A stretch of DNA of 64,000 bases, from assembly GCA_963662465.1 (NCBI GenBank), contig OY759599.1, forward strand, positions 7,200,001 through 7,264,000, written 5' to 3'. This document shows positions 32,670-41,365 of the stretch, one piece after another (positions within the stretch are counted from its first letter, which is position 1; each line of letters starts with the position of its first letter). The stretch comes from Desulfatiglandales bacterium (GTDB taxonomy: Bacteria > Desulfobacterota > DSM-4660 > Desulfatiglandales > Desulfatiglandaceae). A program made the position numbers and the translations under genes. The notes beneath the pieces were generated by a model that was not told the DNA's origin, searched no databases, and saw nothing but the letters and a program-made list of their open reading frames with translations.

Positions 32670-33131
32670 CTAATCCTGAAGTTCGGCCTTCATTTCCACT
32701 ACCACATGCCCCCATCCGCCGCAGGCCGGGCCCACGTCGAAACAGCCGGTGCGGTTGAACATGATTTCGTTGGGGTCTCTGCCGTTCATGAGATTTTCGA
32801 AAAAGGCATTGATCAACACCACCAGATTGGGCAGAAGAAATGCGCATATCCGTTTTGGGGCGTACTCGGTCAGAAGATTGCCCGAGGAATCAAATATCAG
32901 ACGTTGTCCCACCACATGCCGGGAGTGACACCCCTTGGATTCCACGACGGTGGCGACCAGTCGATAGCGGGACGCTTTCAGGGCGTTGGCAAAAAGGCGC
33001 TGGTACTTTTCATTGTCGCTAATGCGCTTAAACTCATGATCTGGGAGTGCGAGTCGTTTCTGAATGATTTTTTCAAGTTGGGCCTTATCCATTTTTTTCT
33101 CCTTCATGGTTGTCATATTCGTACGCTTCAT
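32670..33131 (-). CDS. Cys-containing hypothetical protein (TIGR04076-like)
   Basis: VVESKGC..H..G, IC, GCFD-G--CGGWG pattern. Confidence 0.6.
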   Translation of the reverse strand: MKRTNMTTMKEKKMDKAQLEKIIQKRLALPDHEFKRISDNEKYQRLFANALKASRYRLVATVVESKGCHSRHVVGQRLIFDSSGNLLTEYAPKRICAFLLPNLVVLINAFFENLMNGRDPNEIMFNRTGCFDVGPACGGWGHVVVEMKAELQD

Positions 33132-33277
33132 GGCTCGTCAAAGCGATCAGGTCCCTTTGGTCCTCGAAAATGTCTTCTCTGCCACAGGAAGCGTAAAAGC
33201 TCATTAACGTCAGGAATAAAAGGCGTCGTTTTATTAAACTGAATTTCATAGTAAAAAATTCCCGTAAAATCCATTAA

Positions 33278-35059
33278 TCATAAATCCGGCAACTTCCTCA
33301 ACCCCACGTGCGCCAGCAACTCATTGAAATCATGAACGTTCGACCAGAGAACACCTTCATCCTCAGCCAGTTTCTCCGCTTCGGGCGTCAATCCTTCACA
33401 GGCGAACAGCCAGGCGGTCATGGTGATGGCATCCAGATCTTTGCGTACCACTTCCCTTTGCGCCATCAATTCTTTTACGGCCGAAGGCCCCACTTTCTTT
33501 CCCTTGACCCATTTGCTTTGACAAACCCAGTTGTACCCGCCGCCGGCCCCCACCACATCGATCTCCCGACCTTTTCCGGAACCGAGTGTCATGCGGTGGC
33601 GTACAAAGATGAACCGGGGAAAAGACACATTCTCGGGTGAATGAAAAAAATGCCCCGGAAGGGTCTTGTCCTGGGCTGCCCACAGGACCTGGGCCATGAA
33701 GACTTCCGCCAGATATCCCTTGTATTCGCTGAACCGGCGCTTCTGCTTCCGGTAGCGGGTAATCAGTTCATTTTGAACAGTAGCCGCGTCCTTTGCATCT
33801 ACCTCGATTCGGCCCCATACTTTCAAGAATTCCAACAGAATAGGGTCGCGAACTTTGCGGAACCAACCTCCAAACTCCATGTATTCCAGCAGGTCCCCAC
33901 GGGAAAGCTTGATCAGGACATCCCGAATTTCTTCCATGGGGACATCCACACCCTCCCGCTTTTGTACCTCCTGCTGAATGCGTGTCAGATCCAGACGGTT
34001 TCCTTCTTCCAAAGCGGAAAGGTAGAGAACGGCCTTGGTAATGCCGGAACTGTTGATCCGCTCTATCCACCGATTTACCTGATCGCTCAATTCCCCCCAG
34101 ATAAACCCGGAGGAGAGGTCCACTGCCAGAAAATTATTCAGATCCTTTTCGGAATGGATCGGTTTTTGCTGTTTGGCCGCTTGATTCAGTATAGCGCTTA
34201 TATAGAAAGGGTTTCCACCACAGCGTTCCGCGACCACCGAAGCCATCTCTTCCGGGATAATGGCTCCCCGATATGCTGCCGATTTTAAGGCCAGTTCAGT
34301 GCCCCAGTAAGCCGTCATGGCCTCGATGGGATGGCTTTCGAAGCGCCCGAACAAGGCGCCCCTGCCCAGAATCTCCCGGGCCAGGATGCTCATTGCCGAT
34401 CCGGTCACAAAATGCGGGCAGGTGGGGGATTCCACAGCCTGCTGCATCCAGCCGACGATATCAAAGCTGTATTGGGGCAAACGTGTATTTTGAAATTCGT
34501 CCAGGAACATGACAATGCTGGTTTCGTCCCAGTCGGAAACGCCTCTGGGCAACATTACTGCCTGTTCTTCCGGAATGACCACAACTTTTCTTCGGATACC
34601 ATCATGAAGGTTGAATGCGCCTTTAAGACCGTCTGTCATCTCTATCCGGTTTAATGCGATTTCCTTCAGGTCTTCAAACAGGGTCTTCCGTTCCGAAATG
34701 AGGCCAGGCTCACCCACCCGAAAGGCCACATACCATCGAATAAAGTTCTCCACATATCGAAGACTGAAATCCCACCGATCCACCACTGTATCCGGAAAGC
34801 TGAAATAGACCGGTACTACGCTGTGATCCAAATCCGCGGGATTTTCCTGCTCAAAAAACAACCGGTTGACCACCCGTTTGAAGATCTCGGTCTTGCCCAT
34901 GCGACGCTGTCCTAACAAAACCGTGGACATGCTTCGTCGGGTGATGGTTTCCAGGGCGGCCCGGTAGAGATAATCCAGGTATTCCTCCCGGTCTGTGTAT
35001 ACCGCTTCCGGCACCAGGGGCCGGATGGCCCATTGGGAATCTCTCTGCCTTTTTGTCAC
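33278..35059 (-). CDS. P-loop ATPase with C-terminal PD-(D/E)xK-like nuclease domain, paralog A
   Basis: GQRRMGKT (Walker A), MFLDEFQ (Walker B), VTGS, GGNPFY; C-terminal REIDVV..VCQSKW. Confidence 0.85.
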   Translation of the reverse strand: MTKRQRDSQWAIRPLVPEAVYTDREEYLDYLYRAALETITRRSMSTVLLGQRRMGKTEIFKRVVNRLFFEQENPADLDHSVVPVYFSFPDTVVDRWDFSLRYVENFIRWYVAFRVGEPGLISERKTLFEDLKEIALNRIEMTDGLKGAFNLHDGIRRKVVVIPEEQAVMLPRGVSDWDETSIVMFLDEFQNTRLPQYSFDIVGWMQQAVESPTCPHFVTGSAMSILAREILGRGALFGRFESHPIEAMTAYWGTELALKSAAYRGAIIPEEMASVVAERCGGNPFYISAILNQAAKQQKPIHSEKDLNNFLAVDLSSGFIWGELSDQVNRWIERINSSGITKAVLYLSALEEGNRLDLTRIQQEVQKREGVDVPMEEIRDVLIKLSRGDLLEYMEFGGWFRKVRDPILLEFLKVWGRIEVDAKDAATVQNELITRYRKQKRRFSEYKGYLAEVFMAQVLWAAQDKTLPGHFFHSPENVSFPRFIFVRHRMTLGSGKGREIDVVGAGGGYNWVCQSKWVKGKKVGPSAVKELMAQREVVRKDLDAITMTAWLFACEGLTPEAEKLAEDEGVLWSNVHDFNELLAHVGLRKLPDL

Positions 35060-35123
35060 GGCTTTTCCTCAGATGCTGAATAATCTTTTAAATTCAGACC
35101 TCGTTAGGATGAATAAATATTCG

Positions 35124-35465
35124 TTAGTCCGCATCTATTACGGCTTTGATGGCTGTTTTTATCTCACCTAATACGCTTGACGACACAGATCCGGTCTTCC
35201 TCAAAAAGCGTTTTGTAGATACGGACCTGATTTGAAAGGCGTCAATGGCAGATGACTTCATAAGTTTATTTTCGTTGTCCGGTTCTATTCGTACCAGCCA
35301 TATGGCCCCCTGAAATCGATCCTTCCATTCCGTTATGGGGACAATGACTTTGAGCGGTAGGATTCCGATAACATCGTCGTTTACAATTACTGCGGGCTGT
35401 TTCTTCTTGATTTCGGCCCCGACGGTCGGGCTTAGGTTGATTTCCCATATTTCGCCCTGTCTCAC
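35124..35465 (-). CDS. mazF: PemK/MazF-family toxin
   Basis: GEIWxINLxPxxGxE..xPAVIV, VPIT, QIRSVS. Confidence 0.88.
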   Translation of the reverse strand: MRQGEIWEINLSPTVGAEIKKKQPAVIVNDDVIGILPLKVIVPITEWKDRFQGAIWLVRIEPDNENKLMKSSAIDAFQIRSVSTKRFLRKTGSVSSSVLGEIKTAIKAVIDAD

Positions 35466-35713
35466 AGGAAACCCTCGCTATCTAAATCAGGAAATCCCGC
35501 TAATGCTTTATCTGTTGCATAATCAGAAGCGAGTTCTTTCGCTTTTTTTGCCATTTGTGTTTTTCGCTGAATTGTTTTCAGTTCCCTGATATAGCGGGCG
35601 AGGGCCTCACGTACGATACTGCTCTGATCCGCAAAGCCCCACTGTCTGTAATTCTCAAGGAATTGCTTCTGTTCCAAGCTGATGGAAATTTTTTTTTGTG
35701 TCAAAGTTGTCAT
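35462..35713 (-). CDS. Ribbon-helix-helix antitoxin
   Basis: KKISISL..QSSIVREAL RHH pattern; 4-nt overlap with the mazF start. Confidence 0.8.
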   Translation of the reverse strand: MTTLTQKKISISLEQKQFLENYRQWGFADQSSIVREALARYIRELKTIQRKTQMAKKAKELASDYATDKALAGFPDLDSEGFL

Positions 35714-35984
35714 ATTGCCCCCCCCAGGATCGCATATTGGAGCCAACACGGTACCCTAATGCAAGATCCAAAGTCAAGAAAATGCCTGCCGTTCCAGGTT
35801 TGGGAATCACATCCTCAAAAGAGACGACATTCTCATGGCTGAATTGTTTAGATTGTGGCCGCATTCCATTTGATTTTCTTGACTCTTTCATCTCATACCG
35901 GTAGCATTTTCATGCTTTGTTATTTCCGAAAATAACACGGGTTAAGGTAATTGCGAAAATGTTAAAAAGAGGGCCCATTTGTTG

Positions 35985-36206
35985 ATGGAACATCGACATA
36001 TCAATGTAAAGGATAACGAATGGGGTGTGGCGGTGATCCATTCCATATGGGAAAGGGGTTCCGAAGCGGATATTTGCGAGCTCATCCGGGAAGTGAAAAA
36101 GAACCCAAAGGCCGCCGATGCCGTGAGAAGGGCCATTCCCCACTCACAGACCTATGCTTGGCCAAAGTTTTTCAGGATGTTTCTGGAGAAAATCGATGAA
36201 AAATAA
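35985..36206 (+). CDS. Small putative antitoxin of the AbiEii-like gene
   Basis: 73 aa (HR----..I--IWERG); GAGGG RBS; overlaps the start of the next gene. Confidence 0.65.
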   Translation: MEHRHINVKDNEWGVAVIHSIWERGSEADICELIREVKKNPKAADAVRRAIPHSQTYAWPKFFRMFLEKIDEK

Positions 36207-36900
36207 AGATGATGGCTACTGGCAGCAGTGGCAAAAACTGTTGGAGGCAGCTGCCAATATTCAAGGGCTTCTTCCGGGCGCTGTCTTAATTGGTGGGAGC
36301 GCTGCCGCCATTCATCTCAAACATCGGTACTCATTCGATGCGGATCATATCCTTGAAGATCTCAGGGAAAAGTATGAGGCGGTTCTTGATTTTCTGGAAG
36401 GCAGAGACGATTGGGAAACAGCCCGTATTTATCCACCGAAGCTGATTCTGGGGAATTTCCAGGGGGTTGAAACCGGAATTCGCCAGTTGATGCGGCGCCG
36501 TCCGCTGGAAACAGCGCAGGTTGCCATTGGGGGGGGCAAATTCATTAAGTTGCCTACCCTTTCCGAAATGCTGAGGACCAAGGCTTGGATGATCATTTCT
36601 CGTAATGCAACGCGAGACTATATTGATTTCGCGGCCCTGGCCGAGCATATGGGAGTGGAAACCGCCATCCATGCGCTCAGTGATTTTAATGCCTATTATT
36701 CAGATCTCATAAGGGGTGAAAAGGCATCACCTATTGTTCAGCTGGTTCGTCAACTGGCGGAACCGGCGCCGGGCGACCTCGATCAAATTGCGTTGAGGCA
36801 ATACAAAGGGATACACCCCCCCTTTGATTCCTGGGCGCACATCGTTGGAATTTGCGAAACGATATCAGTGGGTTTGGGTGACAGTCTGGCTGAAGCTTAG
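36196..36900 (+). CDS. AbiEii/DUF1814-like nucleotidyltransferase toxin
   Basis: LIGGSA, HRYSFDAD, K..RNATRDYID motifs. Confidence 0.78.
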   Translation: MKNKDDGYWQQWQKLLEAAANIQGLLPGAVLIGGSAAAIHLKHRYSFDADHILEDLREKYEAVLDFLEGRDDWETARIYPPKLILGNFQGVETGIRQLMRRRPLETAQVAIGGGKFIKLPTLSEMLRTKAWMIISRNATRDYIDFAALAEHMGVETAIHALSDFNAYYSDLIRGEKASPIVQLVRQLAEPAPGDLDQIALRQYKGIHPPFDSWAHIVGICETISVGLGDSLAEA

Positions 36901-36932
36901 AGATTCCATGGAATAAAGAAACCGGAGGTAAT

Positions 36933-37517
36933 ATGATCGACGTTTTTCCAGGCATTGAAGGCCTGATTTTTGATTGTGACGGAACCCTGGCGGATACCAT
37001 GCGCATCCATACGGAGGCATGGCAGGAGACCCTCAAAAGCTACGGCGGCCATTGCCCGGTTGAATTCCTGGAGCCGCTCAGGGGAATGCCGGCGGAAGAA
37101 ATCGTGATCCGGTTTAACCTGACCTACGGTACGGCGCTTGACCCGAAAGAAGTGGCGGAAGCCAAGAATAAAATCAGCCATGAAAGGTTGAAATTTTCAA
37201 AGCCCATTGTGCCGGTGGCCAGGATAGCCATTGACTATCAAAACAAATTGCCCATGGCCGTGGTTTCGGGGGGGACGCGAAAGAATGTGCTTCGGACCCT
37301 GAAAGCCATTGGTATGGCGGATTTCTTCAAGGCGGTGATTACCGCGGACGATGGGTTAAAGCCCAAACCCGAACCCCACATGTTTGTTGAGGCCGCCAAA
37401 CGCATGGATGTGGCGCCAAGGCTTTGCGAAGTGTTTGAGGATGGCGATCTGGGGTTGCGGGCGGCCCGAAGCGCGGGCATGCGGGCCGTGGATGTGAGGC
37501 CTCATTTGAATCTCTGA
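36933..37517 (+). CDS. HAD-superfamily phosphatase (YqaB/beta-PGM-like)
   Basis: FDCDGTLADT, SGG, KPEP, FEDG. Confidence 0.9.
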   Translation: MIDVFPGIEGLIFDCDGTLADTMRIHTEAWQETLKSYGGHCPVEFLEPLRGMPAEEIVIRFNLTYGTALDPKEVAEAKNKISHERLKFSKPIVPVARIAIDYQNKLPMAVVSGGTRKNVLRTLKAIGMADFFKAVITADDGLKPKPEPHMFVEAAKRMDVAPRLCEVFEDGDLGLRAARSAGMRAVDVRPHLNL

Positions 37518-37733
37518 TTTATTTTGCCTGAGATGGCGTTGTTCAGGTGGGGGCAATCCCAGCTTTTGGACATCCTTTGGCGATATTTTTCTCACTACCT
37601 TCGTTCCATCATTTCCTTGACATGCCGGACGAAAAGTCACTATACTTTTCTCCGGGTTGCAAACCGAAGCCCTGAATCAAGCGGCACTCTTCCAATAATC
37701 TCAAACCCGATCAACCCAAAAGAAAGGGCAAAC

Positions 37734-39383
37734 ATGGACCATTCAAACCTTTTTAGAAAAGTGCAATTGGCCGTGGGTTGGTGTCTTATGGCTTCTTTGT
37801 GGATGATTTTGCTTCCGCGGACTTCCTTTGCGGTCGAGGAAAGGCGGACCGCCCTGATCATCGGAAACAGCGGTTACGAATCTTCCTATCTGGCCAACCC
37901 CGTGAATGACGCCGAAGACATCGCCAAAAAGCTTCAAGGATGCGGGTTTACGGTGTTCAAGGAAACCGACGCGGACCGCTCCCACATGCGGCGGGCCATT
38001 CGGAAATTCGGCGATGCCATCAACCGGGAGGGTGGGGTAGGGCTGTTCTATTATGCCGGGCACGGCGTTCAGGTGAACGGAGAGAACTATCTGGTGCCCA
38101 TCGGCTCCCATGTGGACAGCGAAGACGAGGTGGAAGATCAGTGCCTCAAGGTGTCGTCGGTTCTGCGAAAAATGGAAACCGCCGGGAATCGTCTTAACAT
38201 CATTGTTCTGGATGCCTGCCGCAATAACCCTTTTGCCCGGAGTTACCGGTCCACGCAAAAGGGACTGGCGCGAATGGATGCGCCCACGGGATCCATCCTG
38301 GCCTATTCAACGGCGCCGGGGTCCGTTGCCGCGGACGGCGCCGGTAAAAACGGTCTTTATACGGCCATGCTTTTAAAATTCCTGGATCAGCCGGGCATTG
38401 AAATCGGAAAGCTGTTCAGGTTGGTGCGTATTGAGGTATTACATGAATCCGCCAAAAAACAGGTGCCCTGGGAGTCGTCCTCTTTGACCGGGGAGTTTTA
38501 TTTTGTTCCGGGGAAAGGATTGAGCGTGGTTTCCTTGCCGTCTGAATTTCGTCCTCCCGAGAAACCTGGACTGGTGATCCCTACATCCAATCGGCATCCG
38601 GGAACCTCATCCGGCAAACCCATTGAACAGCCCAAATTGATCGTTCTGATTGAAGAAAACTACAGCGGTTTCGAGTTGAAAGACATGCGCCTGGCGGAAA
38701 CCGAGATGATAAGCCTGCTGCGTGAAAAGGGATTTGAAATTGTCGATCAAAATCAGTTGGCGGCGGCCAACCAGCAGGATCAGGCCAAACAGGTTCTGGC
38801 GGGCAATCTCAATGCGGCCAAGGCCATGGGGTTGCTGTTTGGGGCTCCGTATATCATTCTTGGGAAAGCGGCGGTTCAAAACAGCGGCGAAGCCATCCCC
38901 GACAGTGGTTTCAATTCGCTTCATGCCAGCCTTCAGGTGAAGATCCTTCAGTGCCAGTCGGGGCGCATTCTGGGTTCCGTGGTCAAGCAGGGGGTTGCGG
39001 CCCATATCAGCCCCCTGGCCGGGGCCACAGCCGCTTTGCAGAAGGTTTCCAAAAAAGCCGTGAATGGTTATCTGGAGGACAAAATAAAGGCGTCATTTCA
39101 GGATTTCGAGGAAAAGGGTTTGCCGCTGAAGGTTCATGTGGCAGGCATTACATCCTACAGCCAGTACAAGGAGATTGTGGATTTCCTGGAATCCCTTCGA
39201 AACGTGGAATCCTGCCGAAAAGAGGGCTGGAACCGCGCCGGGGGCTTGCTGGTGCTGGACTTGCGGTACAGGGGAAACAGCGAGTCCCTGGCGGATGCGG
39301 TGGATCGGCAAAAGATCGAAAAAGGAAACTTGATGGTGGATGATATTGCACCTGAAAAGCTGGATTTGTCGCTTAAGATGTGA
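37734..39383 (+). CDS. Exported caspase-family (C14) protease with large C-terminal domain
   Basis: Signal-like N-terminus ending SFA, ALIIGN, YYAGHG, DACR dyad, QVPW; C-terminal FlgT/CsgG-like region (inferred). Confidence 0.85.
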   Translation: MDHSNLFRKVQLAVGWCLMASLWMILLPRTSFAVEERRTALIIGNSGYESSYLANPVNDAEDIAKKLQGCGFTVFKETDADRSHMRRAIRKFGDAINREGGVGLFYYAGHGVQVNGENYLVPIGSHVDSEDEVEDQCLKVSSVLRKMETAGNRLNIIVLDACRNNPFARSYRSTQKGLARMDAPTGSILAYSTAPGSVAADGAGKNGLYTAMLLKFLDQPGIEIGKLFRLVRIEVLHESAKKQVPWESSSLTGEFYFVPGKGLSVVSLPSEFRPPEKPGLVIPTSNRHPGTSSGKPIEQPKLIVLIEENYSGFELKDMRLAETEMISLLREKGFEIVDQNQLAAANQQDQAKQVLAGNLNAAKAMGLLFGAPYIILGKAAVQNSGEAIPDSGFNSLHASLQVKILQCQSGRILGSVVKQGVAAHISPLAGATAALQKVSKKAVNGYLEDKIKASFQDFEEKGLPLKVHVAGITSYSQYKEIVDFLESLRNVESCRKEGWNRAGGLLVLDLRYRGNSESLADAVDRQKIEKGNLMVDDIAPEKLDLSLKM

Positions 39384-39416
39384 CGAAAAGATGTTGGGCG
39401 GTGTATGGGTTGATTA

Positions 39417-39429
39417 GGGGGGGGGGGGG
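39417..39429. repeat. G13 homopolymer upstream of ATPase paralog B
   Basis: TTGATTA-G13-AGAATG, ending 45 nt before the ATG at 39475. Confidence 0.85.
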
Positions 39430-39474
39430 AGAATGTAACCAAAAATCAGTATAAACGTTTGAAAGGCCGCCAAT

Positions 39475-41256
39475 ATGAAAAACAATTGCAAGCCATCCCC
39501 GTGGGCCATCCGGCCCCTGGTTCCGGAAGAGATTTATACAGACCGTCGGGAATATCTGGATTATCTGCATGAAGCCGCACTGAAAGCCATCCGCCGAAGA
39601 ACCATGTCAACCGTCCTTTTAGGCCAAAGACGCATGGGCAAGACCGAGATCTTTAAACGGGTGGTGAACCGGCTCTTTTTTGAACAGGATCATCCTGAGG
39701 ATCCAGACCAAAGCGTGGTGCCGGTCTATTTCAGTTTCCCGGACACGGTTCTTGATCGATGGGATTTCTGCATGCAGTATGCAGAGAATTTTGTGCGCTG
39801 GTACGCAGCATTCCGGTTGCGGGACACAAACCTTCTAAACGCAAAGGAAGTAAAGCGGGAAGACTTAAGAGATGTTATTGAATCCAGGCTGCAGGTCACC
39901 CGGGGGTTTGCTCTGGGACTCAATTTGCTGGATTTTCTGGATGAAAAGGCGGTCACCATACCGGAGCGGGAAACCCTCATCCTTCCTCGTGACGCCTCCG
40001 ACCGGGACGAATCCACCATCGTCATGTTCCTGGACGAATTCCAGAACACCCGCCTGCCCCAGTACGATTTTGACATTGTGGGCTGGATGCAGGAGGCTGT
40101 GGAATCTCCCACCTGTCCTCATTTTGTGACAGGCTCCGCCATGAGTATTCTGGGAAGGGAAATTCTGGGTCGGGGGGCGCTGTTCGGTCGGTTCAGGAGC
40201 AAGCCCATTTCCGCCATGACGGAATACTGGGGTGCGGAACTGGCCAACAAGGCCGCGGCCTATTGCGGGGCAGCGCTTTCAGCGAAAATGGCGCCCATTG
40301 TGGCCGAACGGTGCGGCGGAAATCCCTTTTACATCAATGCTCTCGTGGAACAGGCGGCTGAACAGGGAACGGTTCTTGATTCGGAAGACCAACTGAACAG
40401 AACCCTGGCTGTGGATCTTTCCTCCGGTTTTATTTGGGGGGAACTGAGTACCCAGGTAAATCGCTGGATCGAGCGGATTAACAAATCCGGTATTACCAAG
40501 AATATCCTCTATCTGTCAGCCCTTGAGGAAGGAGACAGTCTGGACCTGGCCCGGATTCAGGAAGCGGTGCAGCAGCGGGAAGGGCGGGATGTTTCCATTG
40601 AGGAAATCCGGGAGGTTTTGATTCGGCTGTCCCGTGGGGACCTGCTGGAATATATGGAACTGGGGGGCTGGTTTCGAAAGGTGAGCGACCCCGTCCTTCT
40701 CGCGTTCTTAAAGGTGTGGGGCCGGATTGAGGTGGACGGGCAGGACCCGCAAAAGGTGGAAGATGAGCTGATCAGCACCTATCGGAAACAGAAGCGGCGG
40801 TTTAGCGAATACAAGGGGTTCCTGGCAGAGGTGTTTATGGCCCAGGTGCTTTGGGCGGCTCAGAAGAAAACTTTGCCGGGGCGCTTTTTTCATTCCCAAA
40901 GCGATATTTTATTCCCCAGGTTTGTTTATGTTCGACATCGGGTTCGGATGAGTTCGGGTCAAGGCCGGGAGGTGGATGTGTTGGGGGCAGGCGGCGGTGA
41001 TCAATGGGTTTGCCAGAGCAAATGGACGAAGACGAAAAAGGTCGGCAAAGAAACCGTGAATGCCCTCTTGCGGCAAGTCGAGTGGGTTCGGGAGGATACG
41101 AATGCCATTACCGTGACCCCTTGGATTTTTGCCTATGCCGGCTTGACTGCTGAAGCGGAAGATTCCGCGGCATCCGAAGGGGTACTCTGGTCTGATTTGG
41201 CGGATTTTAACGGGTTGCTTGTGCATGTGGGGCTCAGATGTTTGCCGGAATTGTAA
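39475..41256 (+). CDS. P-loop ATPase with C-terminal PD-(D/E)xK-like nuclease domain, paralog B
   Basis: Same length (593 aa) and motifs as 33278-35059; REVDVL..VCQSKW. Confidence 0.85.
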   Translation: MKNNCKPSPWAIRPLVPEEIYTDRREYLDYLHEAALKAIRRRTMSTVLLGQRRMGKTEIFKRVVNRLFFEQDHPEDPDQSVVPVYFSFPDTVLDRWDFCMQYAENFVRWYAAFRLRDTNLLNAKEVKREDLRDVIESRLQVTRGFALGLNLLDFLDEKAVTIPERETLILPRDASDRDESTIVMFLDEFQNTRLPQYDFDIVGWMQEAVESPTCPHFVTGSAMSILGREILGRGALFGRFRSKPISAMTEYWGAELANKAAAYCGAALSAKMAPIVAERCGGNPFYINALVEQAAEQGTVLDSEDQLNRTLAVDLSSGFIWGELSTQVNRWIERINKSGITKNILYLSALEEGDSLDLARIQEAVQQREGRDVSIEEIREVLIRLSRGDLLEYMELGGWFRKVSDPVLLAFLKVWGRIEVDGQDPQKVEDELISTYRKQKRRFSEYKGFLAEVFMAQVLWAAQKKTLPGRFFHSQSDILFPRFVYVRHRVRMSSGQGREVDVLGAGGGDQWVCQSKWTKTKKVGKETVNALLRQVEWVREDTNAITVTPWIFAYAGLTAEAEDSAASEGVLWSDLADFNGLLVHVGLRCLPEL

Positions 41257-41365
41257 AGGTTAGGGGTGGTGGGGTCGGACCAGGATAAGCATTTGTTAAA
41301 CCGTCTGAAAAGTTAAAAAATGCACCCATTTTTTTGCTTAAGGGTTTGGGCATTGCTTATTCAGC

